Assembly (NCBI GenBank): GCA_964016885.1
Contig: OZ024742.1
Coordinates: 80,662,001 to 80,726,000, forward strand
Reading direction: 5' to 3'
From: Eledone cirrhosa
Taxonomy: Eukaryota
Length of the DNA stretch: 64,000 bases
Under the pieces are notes generated by a model that worked only from the letters and a program-made list of their open reading frames with translations, was not told the DNA's origin and made no database searches. Below, in pieces: positions 27,151-40,835 of the stretch. Position numbers and translations under genes: made by a program. The first letter of the stretch is position 1, and each line of letters begins with the position of its first letter.

Positions 27151-29470
27151 TTAGGGAGAAGTGTTTAGACGGGGTCCGTATTTGTTAATGAAGTAAGATT
27201 CCTTGCTGATCCGCTGGGTGTGGGTGGCATTATCTTTAAATTTGTAGAGGGGAAAGATTCTGAAGTTGGAATGATTTTGGGCGGCACAGGTATCAATGTG
27301 TTCACTCAGTGGTATTTTCCTGTATTCCCGTATTTTAATTTGGGATCTATGGACAGTCATGCGTTGGCGGAGGCTGTTTTTGGTCTGGCCTATGTATTCT
27401 TCTCGACAACCTGAACAAGTTAATACATATATTAGATTTTCCGATGCACATGTGAAATTGTGTTTTACTATAAAACGTTGTCCATCTTTGAAATAGAATT
27501 CCGAACCCTCTATTAGGTTTATGCAAATGCCACAGTTGGGTCTATCGCATTTTTTTACTGTGGGTTTCGTTGTTGTGGTTGGCAGTACTTTGGCATGTGT
27601 TAAGATGTTTTTCATTGACTTGGATTGTCTTTTGCTCTTTATGATATCGTGTGTTCGTAGAATTTGGTTCATTCTATGGTCCTTTTTCAATACAGGGATG
27701 TTCTGAAGGATGGCGTCAAAGGCCTCATTGTTGAGGGGGTTGTGTGTGGAGATGTATGGAAGAACTTTTAGTTTTGGTTGATTTACTTTAGGGTGTCTAA
27801 GGTCCTGGGTACTGAGTTTTAGGGCACGTTGGATTCCATTGTCAATTAGTGATGCAGGGTAGTCCCTGCCTATGAGTGTGTCCTTTAGTTCTTGTAGCCG
27901 TAAGTAGCAGATGTTTTTATTGGAGACTATAGTACAGATTTTCTTGGCTAAGTTGTAGGGAATATTAATTTTAACGTGTCTAGGGTGGCAAGAGTTGAAG
28001 GGGAGATATTACTTGGAGTCTGTGACTTGTAGTATATGTCTGTTTCTATTTTTTTTGTTATGGATCTTAATGAGGATGTCGAGGAAGGGGAGTTGTTGAT
28101 GGCTGTATTCCATCGTGAAGTTAATATTTGTGTTGAGCCCATTTATAAGGGTGTGAAATTCTTTAAGTTTTTCGATGTTTTCGTGCCAAAGGATGAAGCA
28201 GTCATCTAGATATCGCTTCCAGTTCCTTTCAATGTGTAAGTGGAGTGTGTTTCCAAATTTGTTTTGGTATTTAGTGTAGAGGTTGATTTCCAGGTAACCC
28301 ATGACTAGGTTGGCATAAGTGGGGGCTGTTTTCGTTCCCATAGCGGTCCCAGATTTCTGCCTGTAGGGTTTGTTATTGAAAACTTAGTAATTGTTCTCCA
28401 AGATAAATTTGAGTCCCTCTATCACGAATTCTTTTTTGATTCGTTGTGGGAGTTCATTGTGGAAATTATCCAGCCAGAATTGGATAGCTTCTATTCCTAG
28501 GTTGTGGGGGATGTTGGAGTATAGGTTGACTACATCGAACGTCACTAGTAGGGTTTGTTCAGGAAGTGGCATATTAGGGATGTGATTGAGCATATCTAGG
28601 TCGTCCCTTATATAGCTTTTGATGTGCTTGAGGAAGGATGTGAGAAGGGTATCAATGAAGTTGATAAGACGGTGCGTTTCGCAAGCGGGGCCTGCTATCA
28701 TAGGTCTTAATTTGAGATCATTGGGTGAGGGGACATTGATGACTATGTCTGTGGCTTCCTTGCATGCCTTACTTATTGATTCGCTTTTATGTACTTTAGG
28801 GATACCGCAGAAAAGGCTGGATTTACTTGTGAAGTCTGTGATGAAGCTGAATTCCTTGTTAGTGAGTCCTTCTTTGTATTGGTTGATTAGAGTTTTTAGG
28901 TTTCTCATAATTTTCTGTTGATTGTAGTGTTCAGCCTTTTCGTAGTATGTTTCGTTTTCCAAAGTGGAGAGCGCTAAGTTGATATAGAATTCTGTCTCCA
29001 TTAGGACTACTGTACTCCCTTTATCAGCCTCTTTAATTGTAATGGTTCTGTCGGTTTTTAATCTATTTAATTTTTCCCATTCTTTCTTGTTGAGGTTTAG
29101 CTTGTGTTTTTGTCTGTGCAAGTGTTGGTAAGGGAAGTGTGTGATGTGTTCACAGAATTCGTCCAGGATTTTATTTCTACCTTTTGAAGGGGTGTAATTG
29201 CTTCTATTTCTGGCTAATGATTCATCCTCATTGTACTGGTCGAATAGTTGTTCACTAAGTCGTAACTTTCTACAGAGGTCTGTGATGTCTTCATTCATTT
29301 CATAGTAATTAGGACGTAGTGGGTCGGTGTGAATTTAAGACCTTTGGAGAGTAAGTTGATAAGGTTGGGTGTTGGTTCTGCTCTAGTAAGATTGATAATT
29401 TTTATTACTATCGGTTTCTCCTCCCTGTCTTGTGTTATTTTGTTTGCCTGTATCTGTGTGCTGTGTCTAA
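27151..29470 (-). pseudogene. Neptune-type PLE RT + Zn linker + GIY-YIG endonuclease (frameshifted)
   Basis: INLT..LLSKGLKFTPT, KEADKGS, PKVHK, RPMIAG, DVVNLYSNIPH, MGTKTAPTYAN, RYLDDCF, LPFLDI, CDRPNCGIC, LIYVLTCSGCREEYIGQT. Confidence 0.9.
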
Positions 29471-30745
29471 AAAATGGTTGGGGTAGAGGGGTTGTCTGCT
29501 GATGTTAAGTGGTCTTCTGTGTTTGTTATATTCCTTGTTGTTGTAAAATGTGGTTCGGGTTGGTGGTTGTAGATTGAATGGGGTGTTCCTGTACTGCGAA
29601 TATGGGTGTGTGTTTCTATGTGCCATGTTGTATTGTGGTGTTATAAGTGGATAACGTTGTTGGTTGTATCGTGTAGTGTGGGTTTGTTGTGTATTGCGGA
29701 AGCGAGAGTTGAGAAAATGATAATTACCTTGCTGTCCCCTTGAAGCGGGGAAGTTGTTACATCTATCATGGCAGTGGTATCTTTTCCCTATGTATGACGA
29801 TGAGGCATCCGCGTAGTAGTTGAGTGATTTGGTATGGTGTCTCCTTGAAGGGGAAAAGTTGTAAATGTCATTCTGGGGGAGATGATTTCTTGGGTTTTTG
29901 TTCCTTCTTATGGTAGCGAGGTTGGGAAGTTCATCTTTGGTGTGGTGCTTCCTTCTTCGTTTGTTAGAGGCTTGGGGGTTTGAGAAGTTGTTGTGCGGTT
30001 CAGTTATGGGTTTTCCTATTTTTATGAACGGGTTATTGGAGGTGTAATCCGTTTGAAATGTCGATTCATAGTGTAGGAACAAAGCGGCACTTTTTTCCAA
30101 GAGTTGAAGGGATTTCAGTTCTTCTCTGTTGCAGTCCCCTTTCCATAATTTGGAGATCTTCTCTACCTTGGGGCCTTCAGTTTTGTTGTTGATTTCCAGG
30201 AGGATCTCTTCATCGATGGTTTTGATTTTTTCCTCATTTGTCTGGGCCCTCAGTTTAAGAAGTTCAATTTCTGTCTTCATTTTTTCCAATGCCATTCTTT
30301 CCCTAAGGTGTCTTTGAGGTTCGGGTTCATTTGGAATGGACTTTATTTGTAGTTTATGGGGGAGAGTTAGAGGGGTTGAGTTAAGCCATTTTTCATATAT
30401 CTCTGCATTGTTGGGATTTTGTATCATTTTCCAGAATGAGAACTTTCTGTCTCTGAGGGATTTGTTCCATTTTGGAATTGTTCGAATTTTCATTTTGTAT
30501 GAATCAATCTCACATGGTTCTTCGTTGGCTTTTCCTGGGTTGGTAGTAGTGAACATAGTTTGGATAGTATCGCAAAGGTTTTGGAGTTTGTCGCCGATTT
30601 CGGAGGGTATGTATCCGGTGGCGGTTTCCTTATTTGTGGAGTCAAGTTTCTCGACCAGCAAAGATAGGTTGGTGTTGATTCTCTTGAGTTCCTGTAGGAT
30701 CTCTTCATTTGAGTTGATGAGGGTTGTATCCGTTTTTGTTGGCAT
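29435..30745 (-). CDS. PLE ORF1: coiled-coil-like N-terminus, basic N/R/Q/Y-rich C-terminus
   Basis: Uninterrupted 454-codon frame (likely start MPTK at ~30745) directly upstream of and overlapping the RT frame. Confidence 0.7.
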   Translation of the reverse strand: MPTKTDTTLINSNEEILQELKRINTNLSLLVEKLDSTNKETATGYIPSEIGDKLQNLCDTIQTMFTTTNPGKANEEPCEIDSYKMKIRTIPKWNKSLRDRKFSFWKMIQNPNNAEIYEKWLNSTPLTLPHKLQIKSIPNEPEPQRHLRERMALEKMKTEIELLKLRAQTNEEKIKTIDEEILLEINNKTEGPKVEKISKLWKGDCNREELKSLQLLEKSAALFLHYESTFQTDYTSNNPFIKIGKPITEPHNNFSNPQASNKRRRKHHTKDELPNLATIRRNKNPRNHLPQNDIYNFSPSRRHHTKSLNYYADASSSYIGKRYHCHDRCNNFPASRGQQGNYHFLNSRFRNTQQTHTTRYNQQRYPLITPQYNMAHRNTHPYSQYRNTPFNLQPPTRTTFYNNKEYNKHRRPLNISRQPLYPNHFLDTAHRYRQTK

Positions 30746-31039
30746 TTTCTGTATCTCGTGTGAGGATATGATAGTTAAAGGAATAGAGGTGTAACACACA
30801 AGTTATTATATATTGGTAACTGTGAACAATTTGTCAGCATTTTCTATTCCGTTTACCAATATATAATAACTTGTGTGTTACACCTCTATTCTTTTAACTA
30901 TATATATATATATATATAGAGGTTATCACATACATAAAATTAAATTAAATTAAATCAAGAATACATATATGTGTTGCAACTGTTCACTTTTAAGCTCAAT
31001 GAAGAATTAATAAGTTAAAATCAAAAAATCAGAGCATTA

Positions 31040-31687
<648 letters not shown>

Positions 31688-32275
31688 TGCCCCCTCTTTA
31701 GCGAGTTTGGCCATTGCTCGATATACCATTATTAATAATTATTAATCAATTCTATCGTGCAATGCCTGTGTATGAAATCTTTTTAAATTGAGGAAAAACT
31801 GTGCACAGTAGATATAACACGAATGCAAGAAAAGATAAACATCATCGGTAACTACTGAGCCGCATGTTTTATGTCTGAATTATACCAGTTTCCTGAGATG
31901 CCGTCTCTTAGAAGAATGCCCTGAAAAAGGCTAGGGGTCTTTCCCTCCCAGTGGTTTAACCGCGCGATCGGATATCCAACCCAACTAATTCTATGAATCC
32001 TCGCATATACATACACATGCATACATGCATATATACATATACATACATATGTACACATGATTATACATATTTACACATTTTTGGATGGTCGTTTAATCAT
32101 AGGTTCTTCCACCGGTTGTCAGGTTTTGGTTTTTGTCCTGCAGGGTGTCCAAAATCACCCTCCTCACCAAGTAAACTTGATGGGTTTGCCGGTTTAGTGA
32201 TCGATGACCCGACCATGTCACAGGTTGTACCGGGTTACATGCTACCAGTAGCACTCAAGAGTGACCCAACATAGC

Positions 32276-32311
<36 letters not shown>

Positions 32312-32321
32312 TTTATATATA

Positions 32322-32422
<101 letters not shown>

Positions 32423-32444
32423 TTGTGTGTGCGTGTTTGTAACT

Positions 32445-32702
32445 AAAGTCTAAAGTCTGTCTTAAGGTAGAAGGCTCATTTGGCCGGTGCTTATCGCTGT
32501 TTCATGGCGTGAAGCGACTGAGAGTACAATATTCCCCCATGGACAGGACGCCAGTCCATGGCAGGGTTAAACCTCCAGCTATTGCTGGTACTCATTTCCA
32601 GCTGAGTATACTGGAGCAACGTGAAAGGAAGTGTTTTGTTCAAGAGTGACCTATTGGCAAGGCTTTTGGACTTACGATCATAATGTCGTGGGCTCGATTC
32701 CC
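32445..32702. mobile_element. SINE remnants
   Basis: ggagcaacgtgaaa..aagtgt..tg.tcaag is shared with the SINE at 5126. Conserved-core-like sequence on -, B-box-like gctcgattcc at ~32692. Confidence 0.5.
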
Positions 32703-32717
32703 TGTGTGTGTGTATAG

Positions 32718-32789
<72 letters not shown>

Positions 32790-33176
32790 GTTCGTCCCAC
32801 CTAGTAAACCTTTCTTTAGCCTAGCAGTACCAGTGAGAGACTTAGGTCGTAGTAACCAGTAATTGTTTATTTTTTTTTACATTTAATTGCTTTTTAACAC
32901 TCTCGGTATTTTTCTATATATTTACCCCATATGGTTTTACTTATTGTTCCGACTTCCTCCCCCTCCTCCTCCCTAGTATCTTCTCTGACCTCATGCCCAG
33001 CTGTAGTCGGCACTATCAATGCATGACTGGGTCTCCTCCACCCCCTCTCCCTCTTTCTCCTACTGGCAAGTTCAGCTACCCTTTACCCCCACAAATTGCC
33101 ATGATAGAATTATTATGTCTCAACAACAAACTTGTGACCAATCCTTGTGACAATCTCTTTTACCATATATGGAATT

Positions 33177-33272
33177 ACCGCTTGAGAAGCTCGGCTATTC
33201 AAATACCAGGATAACAATGTTCATTTAGTCCAGAATTAGCCGTCGAAACGGCTTGAGCTCAGCCGTCGGGGT
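33177..33272 (+). ncRNA. U3-A8 variant hammerhead ribozyme in a PLE 3' end (~32787-33366)
   Basis: accgc-TTGAGAA-g..cggcta..tagccg.c-GAAA-cggct-tgagctc-agccGTC|ggggt. Confidence 0.72.
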
Positions 33273-33363
33273 CCTACTCCTTCCTATCACCCACTCTACT
33301 ACCCTAAGTATTGAGTACTTTGGTGCGTTATGGTCCAACTGGTTCCTTACCACATTTCTTCCG

Positions 33364-33442
<79 letters not shown>

Positions 33443-35145
33443 TGTATATATGTGTTATGTATGTACTTGTAATATGAATAAAAGAAAAAGGTAACTCGGT
33501 GCAATAATCATTTATAACAATAATAAAAGAACAATACTTAAAACGAGAATGATTCGAATGCGATTTACCGTATATTCAGTTGCAGGGAATCGATGCCGTA
33601 AGGAGTAATTTTTCCTATTTTTGAAGTCTGCTTCATCAAACAGTTAAACTATATGAAAGAATTTGTATTTGAGAGAGAGAGAGATAGAGATAGAGGGGGA
33701 ATGAGGAGTGAGAGAGATATATAGAGAGGGGGTGAGAGGGAGTGAGAGAGAGAGAGTAATTAAGAGTGAGTGAGTCAGAGATTGAAAGGAGTGGGAAGGA
33801 GCAAAAAGAGAAACATGGAAGATATAAGACCACCTACCTCTTATTAATGAGTTTAAACGTATCACAAGATTGCAGCTGTTGCTCATCCATTTAAAGTAGA
33901 AATTCCTAAATACAATAGAGAATTCAATTCTGATAGTCTATTCCCTCGCAAATTTCTTCCAGATTCATGTTTTCTTCACCATCACAATTAGCAAAATTTC
34001 AAAAGCAACATCAATCGCCATCTCCTTTCTCCATTAATTATGTTCTCTTGTTCTTTTGTCATTTTATTAGTCTCCTATCTCAAAAATCTCTGGCGTTTTA
34101 TTGACATTTTCGTATGTATATGTCCATATATATATATGGTAAATTATATCAGTTGATAATACAACTGCATACAGCATTCATATATTTAAAGCTCTAATGT
34201 AATGTTTTTCATTATCCAGTTTCGTGAAAGACAGATCAGAGATAGATCCAATTAGTATACTTCCGGTGATCGTAGTTTTGCAAATCACAGACCATATATA
34301 ACAAATAAAAGATCACCAATGTTTCACAATTAATACATTATTCATTTGATTTACATGTTTCATTTTTCTACAAAGGATATAGCTTTTATTACCTTTGTAG
34401 AAAAATCATCAGAATGAATTACATATAATGTTGAAACGGTATCTGTTTACCAAATGTGTATGGGCGCCTTTATCCGTGAAGATTTGTAAAAGTACTGTAG
34501 GTTTGTCATTAAAATGATGGGAGAGTAGATGTCTACGAATTATTTTAGCAGTACTAATATCTAGTGGTTAGTCTGACAGGTAATTTCAATACTCATGTTT
34601 TGACATGTATATTCTAGCTAGATGATTAGTGCATATACTGTAGTATTATGCATGCTGATATTATAAATCTCTATGGATGCCTTTATTGGCTGAAATTATC
34701 TAGAGAATAACAACATCATTTCCATGTTACATATAAGTACCGATTTCCTTTCCTAGATACATAATACAACAAACAACTCACATTTGCACATGTAGCATAA
34801 GAGTAAACGGCAGACATACTTATTAAAGTAAGAGTAACAAAAAAGATTAATCAGGTTCAAATATATTGTAAAAGAAGGAGTGAAATTTTCTATGTGGACA
34901 AGAAGGAATAATTTCGATTCTAAAATTAAGGAAATAGTCGGGCTATAAAGAAGCAATATGTTAAGACGGATAAAGGAAATCAGCCAGTAAGAAGTTACTT
35001 TACATGGAGTTAACGATCCGAAAGAACGATGGCAATTATGGTGACGAGAAAATCATTGATAATACAAGAAGGAAAATGATAAGAGGCGTCGAAAAGGCTA
35101 TAACAAAAACACGAAGTGAAGCTGCTCAAGAAATATATATATATA

Positions 35146-35305
35146 TAGTGAAAGAGTGAAGAATAACATGGTCAACAGTACCAACGGTGTTTTATTTACA
35201 GTATTAACAATTGTTTCATTGATTAGGGTGTCTAAAAATTGCTAATCAGTTGAGGTTGTATCACTCAATTTTAAATACATGCATGGCTAATCAAATCATC
35301 ATTTG
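35146..35305 (-). mobile_element. PLE pLTR remnant truncated at the HHR CUGAUGA
   Basis: Homologous to 23636-23792. Reads (a)TGATGA-tttgattag..ctaatcaat-GAAA-caattgtT|aatactg. Confidence 0.6.
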
Positions 35306-35317
35306 TCATCTTATATG

Positions 35318-35384
<67 letters not shown>

Positions 35385-37903
35385 GTGTATAACACTTATC
35401 TGCCAAAATTGTCATCATTGTACACATTTGATTTTTGGTGCACATTATGTTTTGGAAACAAATTCGTTTTAATCCTTATAGTGTCAACGATTTCGTGAAA
35501 ATATAAATTTTAATAAAGCTGAAAAGCACACTCAAAAGATCGTGGTGATGCAAAGGATCTCGATATTTGCATTTGTATAAAATAATTACTCGATAATCCG
35601 ATTAAACGTTACATTACTCGTATAACATTTATCATACATTTAATTAAAACTGATTCCCTGCGTTTTGTTTTAATTTCTTCAATTGTTTTGTTTTAATTTT
35701 TTAATTGATGAAAACCTTTAGTTCCAACATGATAACAGGAGAGATAATGTACAGCACGTATTGTTTTCTTGTAATTCACAATGTCATCTGATGTATACAT
35801 GCTTAAATATGAGGCGGATCATCTTTGTTGTTCTTACTAGTACCTCCTTTAGATTTTCATTATATATTGATTTGTAGCATTTATATAAATGTGCATGGAG
35901 GATTTGCCTTAAAGAGTTTTATTCCTACATAATATGGCCCATGTTCCTACTACACATAAAAGAATCATAGATGTCATCAACTAAAAAACATTTCTCTGTC
36001 ATCCCTGGAGCATCGGCAACGAGGAATAATCATCACACCTGTGGTTGGTCCAGACCAGATTGATTAATGTATTTCACCACTGGATATCTGTAACAATAAT
36101 GTGCTTTGGGATTTATGTAAACATTTTCCACTTCGTCCTGAGCAATCAATTCTTCATTTCAGGTAAAGGAATATGATTCCTCTAATATCCCTTGCCAGAG
36201 GTTTGTAAACACCAATGTTTCAAAGCCACCATTCTACAGCCTTCTTGAAATACACCTGTGTAATCTGTATCAAAGAAAATATAAATATGTGCATTATAAT
36301 TACTGATATTTGAACACCTACATATTATTATTATTGCTTTATGATATTACGTACTGAAACTTTAGAATTGTAAGACATCATTTTCAGAGAGCAACAATAC
36401 TGCCAATTGGGTTTATAAACCTAAATAATGAAAACCACACGTGAAACCTCATCGCAGAATTAGCTGAGAAACTACTGATTGCAACACCAAAAAAAAAACC
36501 CAAAAAAAAAACATGAAAGTTCCATATTGATTTCACATTAATAATGATGTATACTATCATTGCAAAACGTGAAGGCGATATATCTCTTAATGTATTGATG
36601 GAGACTAATAATTAATAATAAAAAACAACTGCTTTCAAGAGACCATGCACAAATTGTGACGCCGATTTCTGAGAGTTTGACAGTACACCAGTAAAGTTGT
36701 GTTTGTGTATCTGTAGGAGACAGAATTGATATGGTTGCCATATATTACTACTATACTGTAGGCTAGAATGGCTTAATTCAATTATCAATAGTTTCGATAC
36801 CCGAGGAATGTGTCTAGATATACGCGTTCTAGATCTTTATACTACATCCTTTCCCGTTAATTCTCGTAATGGAAAGCCTCTGGTTTCATTAAATGCCAGT
36901 TCATACGACTAAATTTGCAAGTGCTAGTATCCAATTGTCCAGAATCACCGTCGTAATTGAGACTAAGTATTAGTTTATGAGCAATCATACAATTTTATAA
37001 ATTAAGAACAAAATAACATTTCAGTTGCCACTCTTTTCCATTCTCTTTTAGTTTTCTCTGAAACTCTTTCCACCAAAGCAAAATATAATTTGAGTATGCC
37101 GCTCGTGAAACAGTAGAGCAAATAAGCACCAATTTGAATGGGCAATATTGCATATAAAACAATGTGTGTAAATACATTTCGATTTAACTGCTGTCGGAAA
37201 CGTTATTCAATTAAATATAGCTTTCATCTCTGCTAACCTGAATGATTCAAGTGTTTCTTTCATCTTTACATACCGATCAACATCCTCTTGTTTAGCCAAC
37301 ATTTCTACTAATAATCTCCGTTCTAGATCAACATACATTTTCAAACCAAATCCACATACATTGATATGTATCTAGAAAGACATCAATGAGACCTAATGCA
37401 ATTACATCTTCGTCAGTGAAATGCTATGGTTTCATGTGAAATGGAAATGATACCCAATCACTTAACATGCTAATTCATTTGTCATTTCCTCGGTTGTGAT
37501 ATTTAAAGTAGTCAATACTTTTTCATCGTCATTTTCATTTTTTTTTAGATTTACTTCGATGAAAAATACAGCAATGGTTTATTTGAGGTAAACATATCAT
37601 GTTTACATGTAAATATTACAAACAATACTGAAATATTATTTTCTTAAACAAATTATTGGAGAAACGTTGAGACTCAAGACGCTCTGTAGTAGCCTGAGAA
37701 CCATACGTGATGTGATTCAATAAAACTGAAAAGAGAATGGCGTCAATGTTACAATTATAGAAACATAGCCTCACTCATTCTAAGATTTCGTGAAAACAAA
37801 CATTTCTTTTTTTTTAATATAAGTCAATGACAGAGACAATATATCATCCGTCTTCTGGCTAGAAACGTCCTCAAATAACATTTAATTATTTTAAATAGAG
37901 AAT

Positions 37904-38091
37904 AGGCGGTGTATTAGCAGTATCGGTAAGGGGCGGACGCCATGCTTTCCACTATAGTTACGTCCCTTTACGATCTGAGTTCAAATCTCGCCGAGTTTGA
38001 CTTTGCCTTTCATCATTGCCGGGTCGATAAAATAAAGTACCAGTAATGCACTGAGTAATTGCTGGCCTTGTGCCTCAAGTAGAAACAATTA
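37904..38091 (+). mobile_element. tRNA-derived SINE (Nin/Deu-like core)
   Basis: tagcagtatcggta A box, gagttcaaatc B box, core, and ggccttgtgcc..aagtagaaac tail. Confidence 0.82.
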
Positions 38092-40628
38092 TAACGCACA
38101 CATAAGATAAGGCTTACTTCAAAATAACGTACACGCTGCTGTGATAAGATGCGGCATCAAAACTATAGTGATTTAAGGCAGACTCGGCTTAAATACCTAC
38201 CGGATTTTAATTGACACATCTTTTATCCACCTGAAATAAATAAACGGCTAAATCGAGACATGTTCTTTTGAGTCACGTTAATGATTTTATTTCGTATATA
38301 TTCGTACCAAATGTAATAGTGAGTTTTATAATAGTAGTGACTTTTATAAAGTAATCGTAAAGTGACAAATTCTCAATGGCAACCTAGTCCACTCTACGTC
38401 TAACCGAGGCTCTGCTGCACTTTGGGCTGAGGAGGGTAAACTCTCCAATCATCGGTCGCTCTCCGACAGGTTTGCAGTTGAGCCCGTAGCAGAGGGGACT
38501 TCTGTTGTCCTTCACTCTAGGGCTACCTCCCTACTCTATATCATCGGTACAGAGCGGGCTACCTGCAGGTGTGAGCCCCACTAACTGGAATGGCTCTTCC
38601 ATCGCATCTCCCTCACAGCGGAAACACTTTCTCTATCGTTTCCACCGGTGCCGCGGGGCAGCTAGCACGTGGGCCCCCATTTCCACATAATAATGAGAGC
38701 GGGAGAGACCGAGCCGGTGTCAGTGGGAGTTTGGTTCCTCTGTGTTCGGATCTGGTGTACATGTGTTTGGGAATAATCGACACTATTGTTGCATAATAGT
38801 TATCATTGAAATATATATATACTAATTAAAGAACCAATAAAGATATTTAACATTAAAATATCATCATAATGGCACATACTTTGTTGCGGGAATATATTTT
38901 ATTATACTTCCATAATAATCCACCCGTGTACTGTTTTATGAAACCAATAAAACATGCAATGTATACCCGTCTCTGCTGTAGGAACAAATTCCAGATCGTA
39001 AATAAAAGACAATAACAACCTACAATTCAAATCGTCTACTCCCCAAAACGCCATTATAATTGGGTTGTTTAGAACGTTGCATAATCAAATGAAATCGTTG
39101 ATACAGAATAGTATATCACTAGAAAATTGCTATCAGCCCGCGCAAGGGGAACACTTCATATTGTATTTGATATGAACATTTAGAAAGGGATGCAAAACGA
39201 AATAATATATATGATTAAAGAACATTTTAAATTATATCTAATTGTAAATAGTTAAGAAATATAGCCCATTTAAAGTATATTAGCAACCGATTATGTCGCA
39301 ATATAGATACAAGATTTCATCAACGCATTGAAAGGAAGAAAATCTAATGGAATCAACATTTAAAAGAATATGACAAGGAGAATCCTATGACTTATGCGTA
39401 ACATTCAAAACATGGTTTTCTGCAAATTCGCTTTAACCAAAACCATTTACATCAGAGTGGTTGACATGAAATTGACACTTGAGCAAAGTATCATCGAGTG
39501 GAACTGACACCTTCTGAGTAAATGTTGCATTGCGAGGATAGGGAAAATCCTGCATTGTCTGTACCGGTCAACACGACAATATGCACTGGTCACATTGAAC
39601 AACATCTACCCTGTCTTGTTAAAGATTTTAGAGTTTAAATGCCAATACACCTGAGTAGCTTGTTAGGAGTCAACTGAATTAATCTCTTTGATAACCGCTA
39701 AATATTCACCTAACTGGCCTATTGCTGCGTTTCAAATGCTGTTAATTTTGTTAAATCTCGTACAAAAATACCGATATAATGCCATGCCGAATTGACTGTG
39801 TGCTCACAGGAACTTTAAAATAATAGTACAGTAAAGCATGACTATGGTACAATGTTGAATAAATTTAAAATATATATCTGCTTCCTATCATTATAAAATG
39901 CAAAACAGTGGTGTATATTTATTTTATCATGAAATCGACTGTACCTTCAATCATTTGTTTGTACTTTTTAGGTTAGCAACTACCATCTTATAATGGGTTG
40001 TATATAGATGAATAGCCCCCACCAAGTAATCGTAATATAAATGTTAATTCCTAGGTGGAGTGTGGCATTCATTTTCAAATTTGAATTCGGTATTATAAAA
40101 ATGTATTGTGTTATATAGGAATTTAAAAATATCGAACTATTAATTTGGATGGCGTAGAACGGATGTGCGTTGTGTTTTTGAAAGAGGTATGTTTATGCGC
40201 GTTTGAAAGGTAATAAGGAAATAAGGATAAACTTATTTTTCTATATAGGCTGAGTTCTGTTTATTTGGTTAATGCATATTGGATACTGTTTAAAGAATGG
40301 TAAAACTGAATAAAAGTAACGTGAAGAAATTATTTCTATTTACATAATTCTCAACTAATATAGATGCTTTTATCGTCAGTGTATTATTTTTTATGGTTTT
40401 GCACTTGATAAAATACGCGGTTTGGCCGGAAATAAGTTATGGTACATATGCTTTCAGAAAGTTTCTAGAATAAGCAATGAAACGAGAGAAAGCACTTTAT
40501 CCATAACAGTGGATGGAGGATTGCCTCGCGTGCTTTCTTGTATGGAGTCTTGCTATATATATATATGTGTATGTGTGTGTGTGTGTGTGTGTGTGGGTGC
40601 AGGTGTATAATCTATCTATATATAAATC

Positions 40629-40835
40629 AATAGGAAAAGTGTTAGGACCCCGACAGCTGAGCTCCACTCGTTTCGACAGCTAGGTCTGAACCGTTCAGAC
40701 CTAGCTGTCGAAACGGCCGGAACTTCACCTGTCGGGGGACCTGACTCTTTTCCTATTACCAATTCTACTACCCTAAGTATCGAGTACTCTGGGCTGTTAT
40801 GGTCTACCTGGTTCTTTACCACACTTCCTTCGTTA
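40629..40835 (+). mobile_element. PLE pLTR remnant folded back inside HHR stem II
   Basis: Perfect hairpin cgtttcgacagctaggtctgaac-c-gttcagacctagctgtcgaaacg centred at 40692. Same family as 33177. Confidence 0.75.

Larger units (their letters stand above)
25841..30900 (-). mobile_element. Full-length Neptune-type PLE with ORF1, RT-GIY-YIG ORF, HHR-bearing 3' pLTR and inverted 5' pLTR piece
   Basis: 25841-25881 is inverted at ~30818-30858, and 30771-30817 is inverted at 30853-30900. (TA)n on both sides. Confidence 0.85.

Noticed and set aside
36035-36275. Minus-strand exon with good acceptor-like sequence (also 41730-42130)
   Set aside because: Stop codons in the frames examined and no recognisable protein.
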